Shown here in pieces: positions 27,886 through 37,605 of a stretch of DNA of 64,000 nucleotides (its first letter is position 1; each line of letters opens with the position of its first letter). Made by a program: the position numbers and the translations under genes. This DNA is from Bdellovibrionota bacterium (GTDB lineage: Bacteria > Bdellovibrionota_C > UBA2361 > JBIKWN01). Where the stretch lies: contig JBIKWN010000007.1 of the NCBI GenBank assembly GCA_044356295.1, forward strand, positions 10,627 to 74,626. The letters are read 5' to 3'. A model generated the notes under the pieces. That model was not told the DNA's origin, made no database searches, and saw only the letters and a list, made by a program, of their open reading frames with translations.

Positions 27886-28410
27886 ATGACTTATCCAGAT
27901 CCTACAATTTTGTTACAACAACAAAATGCAAATCGACTTCTTGAAGTTCGCCGATCACCACGGTCTCTCTTGAGTCTGATTATTCTTTTTTTTATCCTCG
28001 TGGCATTCGCATTTGTCAGTAGCGAGCTATTTATTCGAGTTAAAATTATTGCGGATATTTTTTCGTTTCTCGATCCACGCTATTTTGCACTGCTACCTGG
28101 TTTTTTATTCCTCGAGATTCTTCGTAAATATCATAACGACCTCTATATTTTTGGAGCTCATCGATTAACGCATCTTCGTGGACGTTTTTCACTTTCTTAC
28201 CATGTTCCCGTTGTAAAATATGGTGATATTCGCGCCATTAATGTGATGCAAGATTTTTGGGGTAGGATATTCAATTATGGTGATGTGATCATCGGAACTG
28301 CTGCTCATCAAGGCAATGAGTTAGTCATAAGTGGTGTTAAAGACCCTGAAAAACTTGCGTATCTTATCGATTCTCTTAGAGATTTTAGCATACGTGAAAA
28401 TAGTAGCTGA
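27886..28410 (+). CDS. Membrane protein with bacterial PH domain (bPH_2/YdbS-like)
   Basis: Two TM helices, then IRAINVMQDFWGRIFNYGDVIIGTA. Start placed at ATG 27886. Confidence 0.8.
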   Translation: MTYPDPTILLQQQNANRLLEVRRSPRSLLSLIILFFILVAFAFVSSELFIRVKIIADIFSFLDPRYFALLPGFLFLEILRKYHNDLYIFGAHRLTHLRGRFSLSYHVPVVKYGDIRAINVMQDFWGRIFNYGDVIIGTAAHQGNELVISGVKDPEKLAYLIDSLRDFSIRENSS

Positions 28411-28482
28411 AATGCTTAAGTAATTTCATGACAGTGCCGTTAATTATTCTAACACCGACTGTTCTTCAATAAGGAGAGGGAT

Positions 28483-29121
28483 ATGATTAACTTAATGGTT
28501 GCCGATGACCACACTGTTTTAAGAGAAGCACTTTGCGAACTACTAAAGAATCGTGGAGGCTTTAACGTTATGGCTCAAGCAGGAGACGGACAACAACTTT
28601 TAGATGTTGTAAATAATACCGTAGCAAAGCCTGATGTAATTATTCTTGATGTGGAAATGCCAAATCTGAGCGGCATTGAAACACTGCACAAACTACAAGA
28701 GATGGGGATACAAGTTCCTGTTCTTGTTTTATCAGCTGATGATGGTGCTAAGAATGTACGCTCTGTACTTTCTAATGGTGCAAAAGGTTTTATGCCAAAG
28801 AATGCTCGTATTGAAGAGCTTGAATTTGCAATCGATGCAATTCTTCAAGGCAATACATACCTCAGCCCAACAATCACATCATTCCTTATAAATGGGGACA
28901 AGAACGATCCACACGCTAACATTTCAGTTCTCACCAAACGAGAAGTTGAAATTTTAAAATATCTCGCTGATGGTAAACCAAACAGAGAGATTGGAAAGAT
29001 TCTCCATATCAGTTCTCGTACTGTAGATACTCATAGAAGCAATATCTTGAAGAAGCTTAAACTCAAGACAAATGCTGAGTTGGTGAAAGTTGCAATTACT
29101 GCTGGACTTATAGACGTTTAA
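28483..29121 (+). CDS. NarL/LuxR family response regulator
   Basis: ADDH, LDVEMP, LTKREVEIL, ISSRTVDTHRSNI; strong RBS AAGGAG. Confidence 0.95.
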   Translation: MINLMVADDHTVLREALCELLKNRGGFNVMAQAGDGQQLLDVVNNTVAKPDVIILDVEMPNLSGIETLHKLQEMGIQVPVLVLSADDGAKNVRSVLSNGAKGFMPKNARIEELEFAIDAILQGNTYLSPTITSFLINGDKNDPHANISVLTKREVEILKYLADGKPNREIGKILHISSRTVDTHRSNILKKLKLKTNAELVKVAITAGLIDV

Positions 29122-29141
29122 GAAAATGCAATGAATTGTAC

Positions 29142-29171
29142 AAAAGAGGGCTTTTATAGCCCTCTTTTTTT
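29142..29171 (+). terminator. Rho-independent terminator
   Basis: AAAAGAGGGC-TTTTATA-GCCCTCTTTTTTT after the regulator stop codon. Confidence 0.85.
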
Positions 29172-29264
29172 ATATTCTTTATACGAAGGAAGATCTGGAA
29201 AGCCCCCCCTATAACCTGGTAGTATTACCACCGATGACAATATTCATCCAAAAAAGGGCTTACC

Positions 29265-29879
29265 GTGACCAAATCTGATTCAACAAAAGAAGCAGAGTTT
29301 AGTGCCCATTCATCACGCGATAGAATACTTGCTGCAGCATTAAAACTTTTTGTCGAGCAAGGATACTTCAATACGAATATCCCTGACCTCAGCCGTGAAA
29401 GTAGATGTAGCGTTGGATCGATCTATCACACTTTTAAAAATAAAGAAGAAGTTGCAACTGCTCTTTACCAAGAAGGGATAAAGGCGTTTCGTTCTGTATT
29501 ATATGATGCCCTCAGAACAACAACTGATCCTATTGAAACAGTTCGTGTGACTGTTAAATCTTTTATGAAATTTTCCGAGGTCAACCATCAACTTTCTAAA
29601 TATTTATGGTTGTGTCGTCATAATGAATTTATGACTGGTATGATCCAACATCCAACTAAAATTGGGCTCGATCCACTCGGAAGACTTCTTACCGCCAATA
29701 TTAAGAAAGGCATCAAAACTGGTGTTCTTTCAGATCTTAAGGCAAACGTCATATGGACAGTAATGTTTGGTATTCCGGCTGGATACGTTCGGGATTGGCT
29801 GGATGGATACAACACTGAAGCTCCTAGCAAAGTATCAACAGAACTTGCTGAACTATGTGTAAAATCTTTAAAAAAATAG
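29265..29879 (+). CDS. TetR/AcrR family regulator
   Basis: ILAAALKLFVEQGY...SVGSIYHTFKNKEE helix-turn-helix. Confidence 0.93.
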   Translation: MTKSDSTKEAEFSAHSSRDRILAAALKLFVEQGYFNTNIPDLSRESRCSVGSIYHTFKNKEEVATALYQEGIKAFRSVLYDALRTTTDPIETVRVTVKSFMKFSEVNHQLSKYLWLCRHNEFMTGMIQHPTKIGLDPLGRLLTANIKKGIKTGVLSDLKANVIWTVMFGIPAGYVRDWLDGYNTEAPSKVSTELAELCVKSLKK

Positions 29880-29892
29880 TTAAATAGCACTT

Positions 29893-30708
29893 ATGAATGA
29901 ATTAAAGACGCTTGTGCAACAAGCTTTTGAAGATAGATCAAAATTACAATCAAAAGAGACACTCACTGCAGTCAGAGAAACAATCGAACTCCTTGATAAA
30001 GGTAAGATTAGAGTTGCAGAAAAAATTGGCTCTACATGGACGGTTAATGCATGGATAAAAGAAGCAATTCTTCTTTACTTTGCAACGCAATCAATGGAAA
30101 CAATCGAAGTTGGTCCTTTTGAGTATGAAGATAAAATTCCACTTAAGAAAAATTACAAACAACTTGGGGTGCGTGTTGTACCGCCTGCAACAGCTCGCTA
30201 CGGATCGTTTATTGAGTCAGGCGCAATATTGATGCCTAGTTATGTCAATATTGGGGCCTATATTGGATCCGGTAGTATGATAGATACATGGGCGACTGTT
30301 GGCTCATGCGCTCAAATTGGAAAAGATGTACATCTTTCTGGAGGAGTTGGGATAGGAGGCGTTCTAGAACCTGCAAGTGCACAACCAGTAATCGTTGAGG
30401 ACGGTGCTTTCATAGGGTCTCGCTGTATTCTCGTAGAAGGTGTTATTGTTGAACAAGAAGCAGTCCTCGGAGCAAATGTTACTATTACATCATCAACTTC
30501 AATTATCGATGTAACCAAGAAAGAACCTACAATTTTTAAAGGTCGCATACCTGCTCGTTCAGTGGTCATACCGGGTACGATACCAAAGAGTTTTGAGGCA
30601 GGCTCGTATCAAGTAAACTGTGCACTGATTATTGGTCAGAGAAAAGAATCTACTGATAAAAAGACATCACTCAACGCTACACTTCGAGAGTTTAATGTCA
30701 GTGTATGA
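29893..30708 (+). CDS. dapD: Tetrahydrodipicolinate N-succinyltransferase
   Basis: RVVPPATAR, LMPSYVNIGAY, DTWATVGSCAQIG, GGVLEP. Confidence 0.97.
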   Translation: MNELKTLVQQAFEDRSKLQSKETLTAVRETIELLDKGKIRVAEKIGSTWTVNAWIKEAILLYFATQSMETIEVGPFEYEDKIPLKKNYKQLGVRVVPPATARYGSFIESGAILMPSYVNIGAYIGSGSMIDTWATVGSCAQIGKDVHLSGGVGIGGVLEPASAQPVIVEDGAFIGSRCILVEGVIVEQEAVLGANVTITSSTSIIDVTKKEPTIFKGRIPARSVVIPGTIPKSFEAGSYQVNCALIIGQRKESTDKKTSLNATLREFNVSV

Positions 30709-31703
30709 AAAAAAATCAACTCCTTTCCTTCGTACGATTTTTAGCTCTCTTTTTTTTATTCTTAAGAGTAGATCCGTCGTATTCTGAAGATGTGGTCATA
30801 CCTCCCACCATTACAGCTTCAGCATCAAGCACTTCTACTGAGCCCTCACCACCTTCTTCGAATATAAATTTTGTAGCAGCCAATTGGCCAGATCAATCAA
30901 CTGCACTAAGGTATGATTTGCAGCGCACAAGCTATTCCATCAATCCGTCTGAAGTAAACCGAATGTCTCTGATTGAGTCCGCTGAAAACTTACTCAATAT
31001 GCATTGTCTAGAAATTTCACCTCAAAAGGGATTTGAAAAAAGCGACAGACCACTCTGTCGTGCACTCATTGAGTCTACTCTGGTTCTCGATCCAGTAAAT
31101 CCAGCAGCAATTTGCGCCCGAGACGGCATGTCTTCTTCAAACTGCTTCACTGCTTATGAAGCAGTGTCCGCAAAAGTTGTTTCAAGCGACTCACCAGCTT
31201 TAAAAGATAAGGATGTTACCGGATTTATTGCAGCTAATAATCCTGAAGACTCATCACAGTTAGAAAGTGAGCTCTATACACTGACGTATGAATATCAACA
31301 AAAACCATCAAAGGTATTAAAGACAAAAATCCTCTCAAAGTTTTACGATGCTTTTGCCCGGTATTGTGTACAAATTGCTTATGAAGTTGATGCAACAAAT
31401 ATAGCACCAACTCCAACTGCCACACCTTATGGAACAATTAAACCCTTTGAGTCTATCGTATCGGCACTCAATACGCCGAACTCAGATGAAACGAAGACAA
31501 AAAACTCAACTCACCGAAAACTGTTCCCTCAAAATTGTTTTAATCTTCAAAAAATTCTGTTTTCATTATTTAACGATTCCTATTTTTTCACTTGTATCGA
31601 TAAGGGTAATTATTCACCTCAATGTCGCAAAGCCTATGAAAATCAGATAAAAGGAAAAAACATTCGAGGTAATGAAATGGGTGGTGGTCTCGGTAAGTTT
31701 TGA
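30705..31703 (+). CDS. Hypothetical exported Cys-rich protein with an internal duplication
   Basis: Signal peptide; 8 Cys; two copies of C-x18-C-x3-G-x2-S-x2-C-x2-AYE. Confidence 0.75.
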   Translation: MKKNQLLSFVRFLALFFLFLRVDPSYSEDVVIPPTITASASSTSTEPSPPSSNINFVAANWPDQSTALRYDLQRTSYSINPSEVNRMSLIESAENLLNMHCLEISPQKGFEKSDRPLCRALIESTLVLDPVNPAAICARDGMSSSNCFTAYEAVSAKVVSSDSPALKDKDVTGFIAANNPEDSSQLESELYTLTYEYQQKPSKVLKTKILSKFYDAFARYCVQIAYEVDATNIAPTPTATPYGTIKPFESIVSALNTPNSDETKTKNSTHRKLFPQNCFNLQKILFSLFNDSYFFTCIDKGNYSPQCRKAYENQIKGKNIRGNEMGGGLGKF

Positions 31704-31819
31704 TTATAATTAATACTCAAGTAATCCAGCGAAGCGAAATCAAATAATTGTGCACTTTGTATCGCTTTTTCTAAGTGTTCAGATTAAGTTCTCTTCGATA
31801 GTATATTGTAAATACTCAT

Positions 31820-32311
31820 ATGAATTCTATAAAAGAATCAGCACCTTTAAGCACCATTTACCCAATTACCAAACGCTGGATAATGAAACAGACACTTTTG
31901 CTTTTGAGTGCTGCATGCCTTATTAATTTTGTTCTCTACTCTGTCAAAATTGAATTTTTCTCTTTTCATCCTGAAGCTTGGTTAACTTTTTATTCTTCCT
32001 TACTTATTTGGACTGTCATTCTTATATTTAGAATTATTTTCCTTGTTACCATAAGAAAAAATTTCTCTTATGAGATAGTTGATGACGAACTGAAAATTAC
32101 AAGAGGTTTTCTTTTTAAAGAAGAGATTGAATATCCGTTAAAAAACATAACTGCTATTCAATTAAAAAGATCTTTTGCTGATTTTCTTTTCCATACTGCC
32201 TCACTTGTGATAATAGTCCCTGGGAACATTCCGATAGCACTCTCTCGGATTCCTGGACTATCGGTGAAGTCTGCTGCAGATCTTCGACGTTATTTACTTG
32301 ACCGCAATTGA
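31820..32311 (+). CDS. Membrane protein with bacterial PH domain (bPH_2/YdbS-like)
   Basis: Two TM helices; YEIVDDELKITRGFLFKEE...ITAIQLKRS. Confidence 0.75.
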   Translation: MNSIKESAPLSTIYPITKRWIMKQTLLLLSAACLINFVLYSVKIEFFSFHPEAWLTFYSSLLIWTVILIFRIIFLVTIRKNFSYEIVDDELKITRGFLFKEEIEYPLKNITAIQLKRSFADFLFHTASLVIIVPGNIPIALSRIPGLSVKSAADLRRYLLDRN

Positions 32312-32328
32312 TTCAATTTTTGTATCGA

Positions 32329-33330
32329 CTACCATTCCAACATGTTTCGAGTAACCGGATTAAAACCGATGTCTCGTCGAGCAGCTCCAATGTCAAAATA
32401 ATGATCTGTTGCCATCTCTTCTGCCAGAAATCTAGTAAAAGGTGGTTCTATGAATCCAAATGAAAACTTAGATATAACTTCAAGAAATCGTCCAAGTCTA
32501 ATCGCAATAGAAGCAGGAATTTTCTTTTTTATAGGGGACAGTCCATTTCTCTTCAAAGCTGCTTCAATCCATTCCCAAAGCAATATTGGCTTCCCCTGAG
32601 AAATGAAATAAACATTACCACTAATAGCTGCATTTCTCTCAAGAGCCAGAGCTGCACAAAGATGGGCTTCAACACAGTCATCAATATGACAAAAATCTGC
32701 CAGATTTTTCCCGGATCCAACTTGTACTAATCTTCCAGCCTTAGCCTTTTTAATGATGAGGGCTTCAAGTGAAGTATCACCAGGTCCATAAATAAGGTGC
32801 GGTCTCAACGTAATAGTTTTTATTTCACTATCACGTCCTTCCCTTCTTACGTTTTGCTCTGCTTGTGCTTTAGTTTCAGGGTAAAAGGCATGAAAGATTT
32901 GAGGATACGGTATAGATTCATCAACATTCTGCAGATCTTTTCCAGATGCAATCACACTAGGTGAACTTGTAAATATGAATCGCTTGATTTTATTCTTCTT
33001 TACAGCAGATAAAAGGTTATCCGTTCCTGTCACATTTACTCGAAAAAAATCCTCACGTTTGCCCCACATTTCAACTTTTGCTGCAGTATGAAAAACGTCA
33101 GTAACACCATCAAAAAATGGATGGTTAATTATTTCTGGATTACTAATATCAAAAGCTAATTGTTCAACACCAAGGCTTACGAGTTCAGGATAGAGATTCC
33201 TTTGGATAGTTTTAACGAAGGCGCCTTCATGAATCAGTGCTTTTACTAAAGCTTTTCCTAGAAAGCCCCCTCCTCCGGTAACAAGAACTGTTCTAGCTTC
33301 AAACCGTCTATTAGGCTGCGCGCTGCTCAT
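32329..33330 (-). CDS. oleD: 2-alkyl-3-oxoalkanoate reductase (3-beta-HSD-like SDR)
   Basis: TGGGGFLG, TSSPSV, YPETK, LRPHLIYGPGD; follows oleBC. Confidence 0.88.
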   Translation of the reverse strand: MSSAQPNRRFEARTVLVTGGGGFLGKALVKALIHEGAFVKTIQRNLYPELVSLGVEQLAFDISNPEIINHPFFDGVTDVFHTAAKVEMWGKREDFFRVNVTGTDNLLSAVKKNKIKRFIFTSSPSVIASGKDLQNVDESIPYPQIFHAFYPETKAQAEQNVRREGRDSEIKTITLRPHLIYGPGDTSLEALIIKKAKAGRLVQVGSGKNLADFCHIDDCVEAHLCAALALERNAAISGNVYFISQGKPILLWEWIEAALKRNGLSPIKKKIPASIAIRLGRFLEVISKFSFGFIEPPFTRFLAEEMATDHYFDIGAARRDIGFNPVTRNMLEW

Positions 33331-35890
33331 ACTGATCTTCCTGGATCATTTGGCTAAGAACATCACGAAAGATCTTAGCATTATGACGGGCATCTACGGG
33401 GAAAGCTTCAAAGAGATAGAAAGCTGTAATGTTTTTTGTGGCTACAGAATTTTTACCCATCTCAAGAAGCTCTGCAAAAAGTTTCTCACGAAGTTCTGAT
33501 GTCTTGGGGAAATTACCAGGCTTTGGCTCGATTGCAAGTCCAACTCGCCCTTTTGCAGGGGAAATTAGTGCTGTCCGGCGAACAAGTGGATGTCGATTAA
33601 AGACATTCTCTACTGGATCTGGATAATAAGTCTGCTCATTGGTGACAACAATGTGGGATTTTCTTCCGCAATAAAATAGATTGCCTTTCTCATCAAGATA
33701 TCCAACGTCACCAATACGGTGCCAGAAGGAATCTTTATCCTTAATTTTTCCAAGTAAGTTTGCATCTATCCGATTAAGATAAGTTGGGCTGACCTGAGCG
33801 CCCTTAACAATAACTTCACCTATAACATACGGTGGGCACTGTTGAACTTCACTAAAGTTTTTAATCGCTGTAGGAACAGGTTGTATTATTACAATTTCAG
33901 TTCCTACAACTGCTTGACCTACAGGTGTTCCTTCTTCTTTATTTTTACTCAAAATTCCGCGCAGAGATGAGACATAATCCCCAGCAACAGTAGTAACAGG
34001 TAAACATTCAGTAGCACCGTAAGGGGTAAGCGCTGTTCCCATTGGAAGAATTTTTTTGACCCGTGCTAATACTTCATCAGATACGGGAGCCCCAGCCATT
34101 AGGACTTTTTTAATAGAATTTAGATACTCTGAGTGCCGAACACAGTAATCGCTAATTTTATCCCAAAGAGTTGGTGAACCAAAGGAAGTTTGAATCCCAA
34201 GATCTTGAATGATCCGAGTTACTTTTTCAGGATCTAAATCAAGGGGACGAGATGGATTCATCGGAGGGAACACACTTGTTACTCCCATTGCACATGAAAA
34301 AATTGAAAAGATCGGAAGCAGCGGTAAATCTTTTTCACCAGCAGTAAATTCAAAATCTTTTACAAAAATCTCTAACTGTCTTTCGATATTTTCATTACTA
34401 AAGACAACCCCTTTCGGCGTTCCCGTAGCTCCTGAAGTAAAAGCAATCATGCTTATTCCTTGTGGAGATTCAACAGGAGCTATTTCACCGACACTAAATC
34501 GCTTTAAGAATCCAAGTGAAGTGCCACCAAAAGCATGAAAATCAGTAGCCCAAATACTAAATTTTAGATTCGGGAATAATTTTTTACCACGAAGCCTTAG
34601 TAAGTGTGCTTTAGGCGCTCCAATTAAAACATGAGGATCGCAATCCTTAATGCATTTAAATAATTTTTCACGACCAACTCCTGGATCAACGAACGCAGGA
34701 ACTGCACCAAGCAACATGACCGCGTAACTAAGTGCAAGAAAATCTTCGCCAGGTGGAACAAGCATTAACACCCTATCACCAGCAGTAAGCCCAAGATCTT
34801 TTAATCCTCGTGCATATTGGTTAATGCGCGCTTGCAACTCCCTAAATGATAATTGCTGATACTGAGTTACTGTTCCAACAAACTGAGGAGTAATAACAGC
34901 TGCAGCATTAGTAACCCCTACAGATGTTTTCATAAAGTTTGCATAGAGAGCATTAATACCAGGTCGTGGAACAAACGGTGAAAATGCTTGAGCAAATTCC
35001 CTATTCATATCACCTTCAAGAGATAGAAATTTTTCTATCTCAGTACAAACGATCTCTGGGGAATCTTCTATAACGAGATGTCCAGCATCCGGGATTTCAA
35101 CAACTTCTGCTTTTGGAAAGTGCGCTGCAACTTTTCGCAGCATATAGGGATGAAAACATGGGTCCTTGAGTCCCCAAATAATTTTTATCGGTATGTTTTG
35201 CATCTCCGCAAAACCACGAGCCAGATTTTGCATTTCAACATACGTAGGATGATCTTCAGTAAAAGGAATATCAGAGACAAAATCCCAAATTGCTGTCCTT
35301 CTTGCAATCGTTTGATAGGGATAAAAATATCCTTCCTTAACCCAACGAGGTAGTCGTCTTACAGAGCCAGGTCCTGTTAAATATCTTAAAAACTGAGGGA
35401 AAATCTTGGTAAGGAATACGCCACTGAATGGATGCGCGCACATCTTAATCATTCGCGGAAGGCTTTCTACTTCAGTCAGTGTCGTGTTGAGGTAGATAAT
35501 CTTTTCTACTTTATCAATATGACTTTGCAGAAATCTGGTTCCAATTGCTCCACCCCAATCATGCATAACGATTGAAAACTTATCGATTTTTAAAGATTGG
35601 TACACAAACTCAACTTCAGCAACCCGGTCTGCTGCTCGAAAATGTGAAGTTGTTGGATGATCTGAGAGCCCACAGCCAATGTAATCTATAGAAATAACTC
35701 GGTGAAACTTCTTCAAATGGGAAATAACATTCCGGTAGAAGAAACTCCACGTAGGATTGCCATGAAGAAGCATAACAACCGGACCGCTTCCTTCATCAAT
35801 ATAATGAAGCTTAAAACCTTTATAATCGAGAAACTTAGACTCGAACGGAAAATGTTTTTCAGGAATAAAATAGTTATCAGCCACTACCAC
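33311..35890 (-). CDS. oleBC: Fused OleB (alpha/beta hydrolase, beta-lactone decarboxylase) and OleC (beta-lactone synthetase, AMP-binding)
   Basis: HGNPTWSF, MHDWGG, GHLVIED; then FTSGATGTPKG, PYGATE, WHRIGDVG, FPVDARHNAKIFR. Confidence 0.9.
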   Translation of the reverse strand: MVVADNYFIPEKHFPFESKFLDYKGFKLHYIDEGSGPVVMLLHGNPTWSFFYRNVISHLKKFHRVISIDYIGCGLSDHPTTSHFRAADRVAEVEFVYQSLKIDKFSIVMHDWGGAIGTRFLQSHIDKVEKIIYLNTTLTEVESLPRMIKMCAHPFSGVFLTKIFPQFLRYLTGPGSVRRLPRWVKEGYFYPYQTIARRTAIWDFVSDIPFTEDHPTYVEMQNLARGFAEMQNIPIKIIWGLKDPCFHPYMLRKVAAHFPKAEVVEIPDAGHLVIEDSPEIVCTEIEKFLSLEGDMNREFAQAFSPFVPRPGINALYANFMKTSVGVTNAAAVITPQFVGTVTQYQQLSFRELQARINQYARGLKDLGLTAGDRVLMLVPPGEDFLALSYAVMLLGAVPAFVDPGVGREKLFKCIKDCDPHVLIGAPKAHLLRLRGKKLFPNLKFSIWATDFHAFGGTSLGFLKRFSVGEIAPVESPQGISMIAFTSGATGTPKGVVFSNENIERQLEIFVKDFEFTAGEKDLPLLPIFSIFSCAMGVTSVFPPMNPSRPLDLDPEKVTRIIQDLGIQTSFGSPTLWDKISDYCVRHSEYLNSIKKVLMAGAPVSDEVLARVKKILPMGTALTPYGATECLPVTTVAGDYVSSLRGILSKNKEEGTPVGQAVVGTEIVIIQPVPTAIKNFSEVQQCPPYVIGEVIVKGAQVSPTYLNRIDANLLGKIKDKDSFWHRIGDVGYLDEKGNLFYCGRKSHIVVTNEQTYYPDPVENVFNRHPLVRRTALISPAKGRVGLAIEPKPGNFPKTSELREKLFAELLEMGKNSVATKNITAFYLFEAFPVDARHNAKIFRDVLSQMIQEDQYEQRAA

Positions 35891-36960
35891 TGTACTGCAC
35901 TAAAAATTGAATTTAATCCACCACCAAAACCAGTAAGGAGTGATGTAGTACCAGGCGTAATCTTTCCAGCCTCAACTCCCATTGCAAAAGCAGTAGGAAG
36001 AGCTGCAGAAACTTGATTCCCATGAGTAGCATAAATTGAGAATTCTTTACTGTTATCTACGCCCACAGTATTAAAGAATTTATCGCCAAGCTGACGCCCT
36101 ACTTGATGGCTTATATGTACTTGGAAATTATTGTTATTCCATCCCCATACATCTTGCATCTCCTTCCACACGTAGCTTCCAATAATGGCTCCGTTCGCTA
36201 TGAGTTTTGGAGAATCAGTCTCCATTAATGGATTAAAATTATCGTCCTCCATATAGAAACAGAAATCGGCGTTTCCAACACAAAGATCCGAAAATTCTGT
36301 TCCAGAGTATGAAGCACAGCCCAGAAGTTTATGTGGTTTTGTAGCAATACTTTCATGTGCTAACACGAATGCTACCGCTCCTGAACCTAATGTAAACGAA
36401 GGAAGGTTTTTAAGGATCTGTTCACGTGACGGCATACGTCCTGCTGCAAGTTCACTATTTAATTTTGCAGAGCTCGTCTCGACTATACCTGACATTGTTT
36501 CGCCGGCAACCAGGATTCCAGCCTTAATCATTCCACTTTCAATAAGATTTCCTAATAGAACAAGACCATTCGAGAAACCTAAACATGCATTGGTAATATC
36601 CAACACCATTCCAGATTGATTTAAATTGAGAGCTTTATGAATTTTTGCAGCAGTTGCAGGTTCAAAATGATCTCGACTTACCGAGCAATTAAATAAAGTA
36701 CGAATATGATCTTTATTGAATCCAACACCATCAAGAGCTTGCATTGCAGCAGGAATACTTGCCATGCTTGGGGAAACATCTCGATCATAGAAACGACGAG
36801 CTTTTATTCCGCTCAAACGCTCAAGGGTTCCAAATGGAACTCCCATGGCTTGATACAACGGAGCGAGCTTGTCTTCGATCTCGGAGCTGGTAACTTCGTG
36901 TGGGGGTGTATTAATCCCGAAGGATTCGATATGAACGTGCTTAAATTGAAAACTGGACAT
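35884..36960 (-). CDS. oleA: Acyl-CoA condensing thiolase OleA (FabH-like)
   Basis: SRDHFEPATA (Glu), TNACLGF (Cys), HQVG (His), HGN (Asn), TLGSGA. Start placed at ATG 36960 (MSSFQF). Confidence 0.9.
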   Translation of the reverse strand: MSSFQFKHVHIESFGINTPPHEVTSSEIEDKLAPLYQAMGVPFGTLERLSGIKARRFYDRDVSPSMASIPAAMQALDGVGFNKDHIRTLFNCSVSRDHFEPATAAKIHKALNLNQSGMVLDITNACLGFSNGLVLLGNLIESGMIKAGILVAGETMSGIVETSSAKLNSELAAGRMPSREQILKNLPSFTLGSGAVAFVLAHESIATKPHKLLGCASYSGTEFSDLCVGNADFCFYMEDDNFNPLMETDSPKLIANGAIIGSYVWKEMQDVWGWNNNNFQVHISHQVGRQLGDKFFNTVGVDNSKEFSIYATHGNQVSAALPTAFAMGVEAGKITPGTTSLLTGFGGGLNSIFSAVQW

Positions 36961-36987
36961 TAAGAGATAGATTGTATCGGTGAAACC

Positions 36988-37605
36988 ATGTCTTATCAAG
37001 AATCGCTTCAAATACTTATCATCGATAACTACGACTCATTCACTTACAACCTCGTAGACCTCGCCTGGAGCACCACAAAGCAACTAGGTATTGAAAAAAG
37101 CCCCACAGTGGCTAGAAATGATAAGATTACTCTAAAGGAGATAAAAAAGCTCTCACCTACCCATATTATCCTCTCTCCAGGTCCTGGCAACCATACTGCA
37201 GGCGGCATTTGTCACGAGCTTCTCTCTGGTTATGCTAAGTCTATTCCAACGTTAGGAATTTGCCTTGGTCACCAGTTAATGGCAGCAAATCAAGGAACGC
37301 ATGTTATTCGAGCCCCAAAACCTATTCATGGTCATCAAGAACTCATACATCATAACGGAACAGGTATTTTTAAAAGTATTCCCTCACCTCTCTTTGCTGC
37401 GAGATATCATTCATTAATGGTTGATGAAAAATCTTTGAGTACTACGTTTACAGTAACGGCTCGCACTTCAGACGATATTATCATGGGGATCAGTGCTCTT
37501 GAATTTCCCTGGCATGGAGTTCAGTTTCATCCTGAATCATTTCTTAGTCAGCACGGTTCAATCATCATGAAAAATTTTCTGCATTTAAAGGTCTACTCTC
37601 AATGA
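36988..37605 (+). CDS. pabA: Aminodeoxychorismate/anthranilate synthase component II (glutamine amidotransferase)
   Basis: IDNYDSFTYNL, SPGPG, GICLGHQ, RYHSL, QFHPES. Confidence 0.85.
   Translation: MSYQESLQILIIDNYDSFTYNLVDLAWSTTKQLGIEKSPTVARNDKITLKEIKKLSPTHIILSPGPGNHTAGGICHELLSGYAKSIPTLGICLGHQLMAANQGTHVIRAPKPIHGHQELIHHNGTGIFKSIPSPLFAARYHSLMVDEKSLSTTFTVTARTSDDIIMGISALEFPWHGVQFHPESFLSQHGSIIMKNFLHLKVYSQ

Noticed and set aside
36961..37011. ORF-track extension of oleA to 37011 overlapping pabA
   Set aside because: The extra residues are not OleA-like and would overlap the divergent gene; ATG 36960 is preferred
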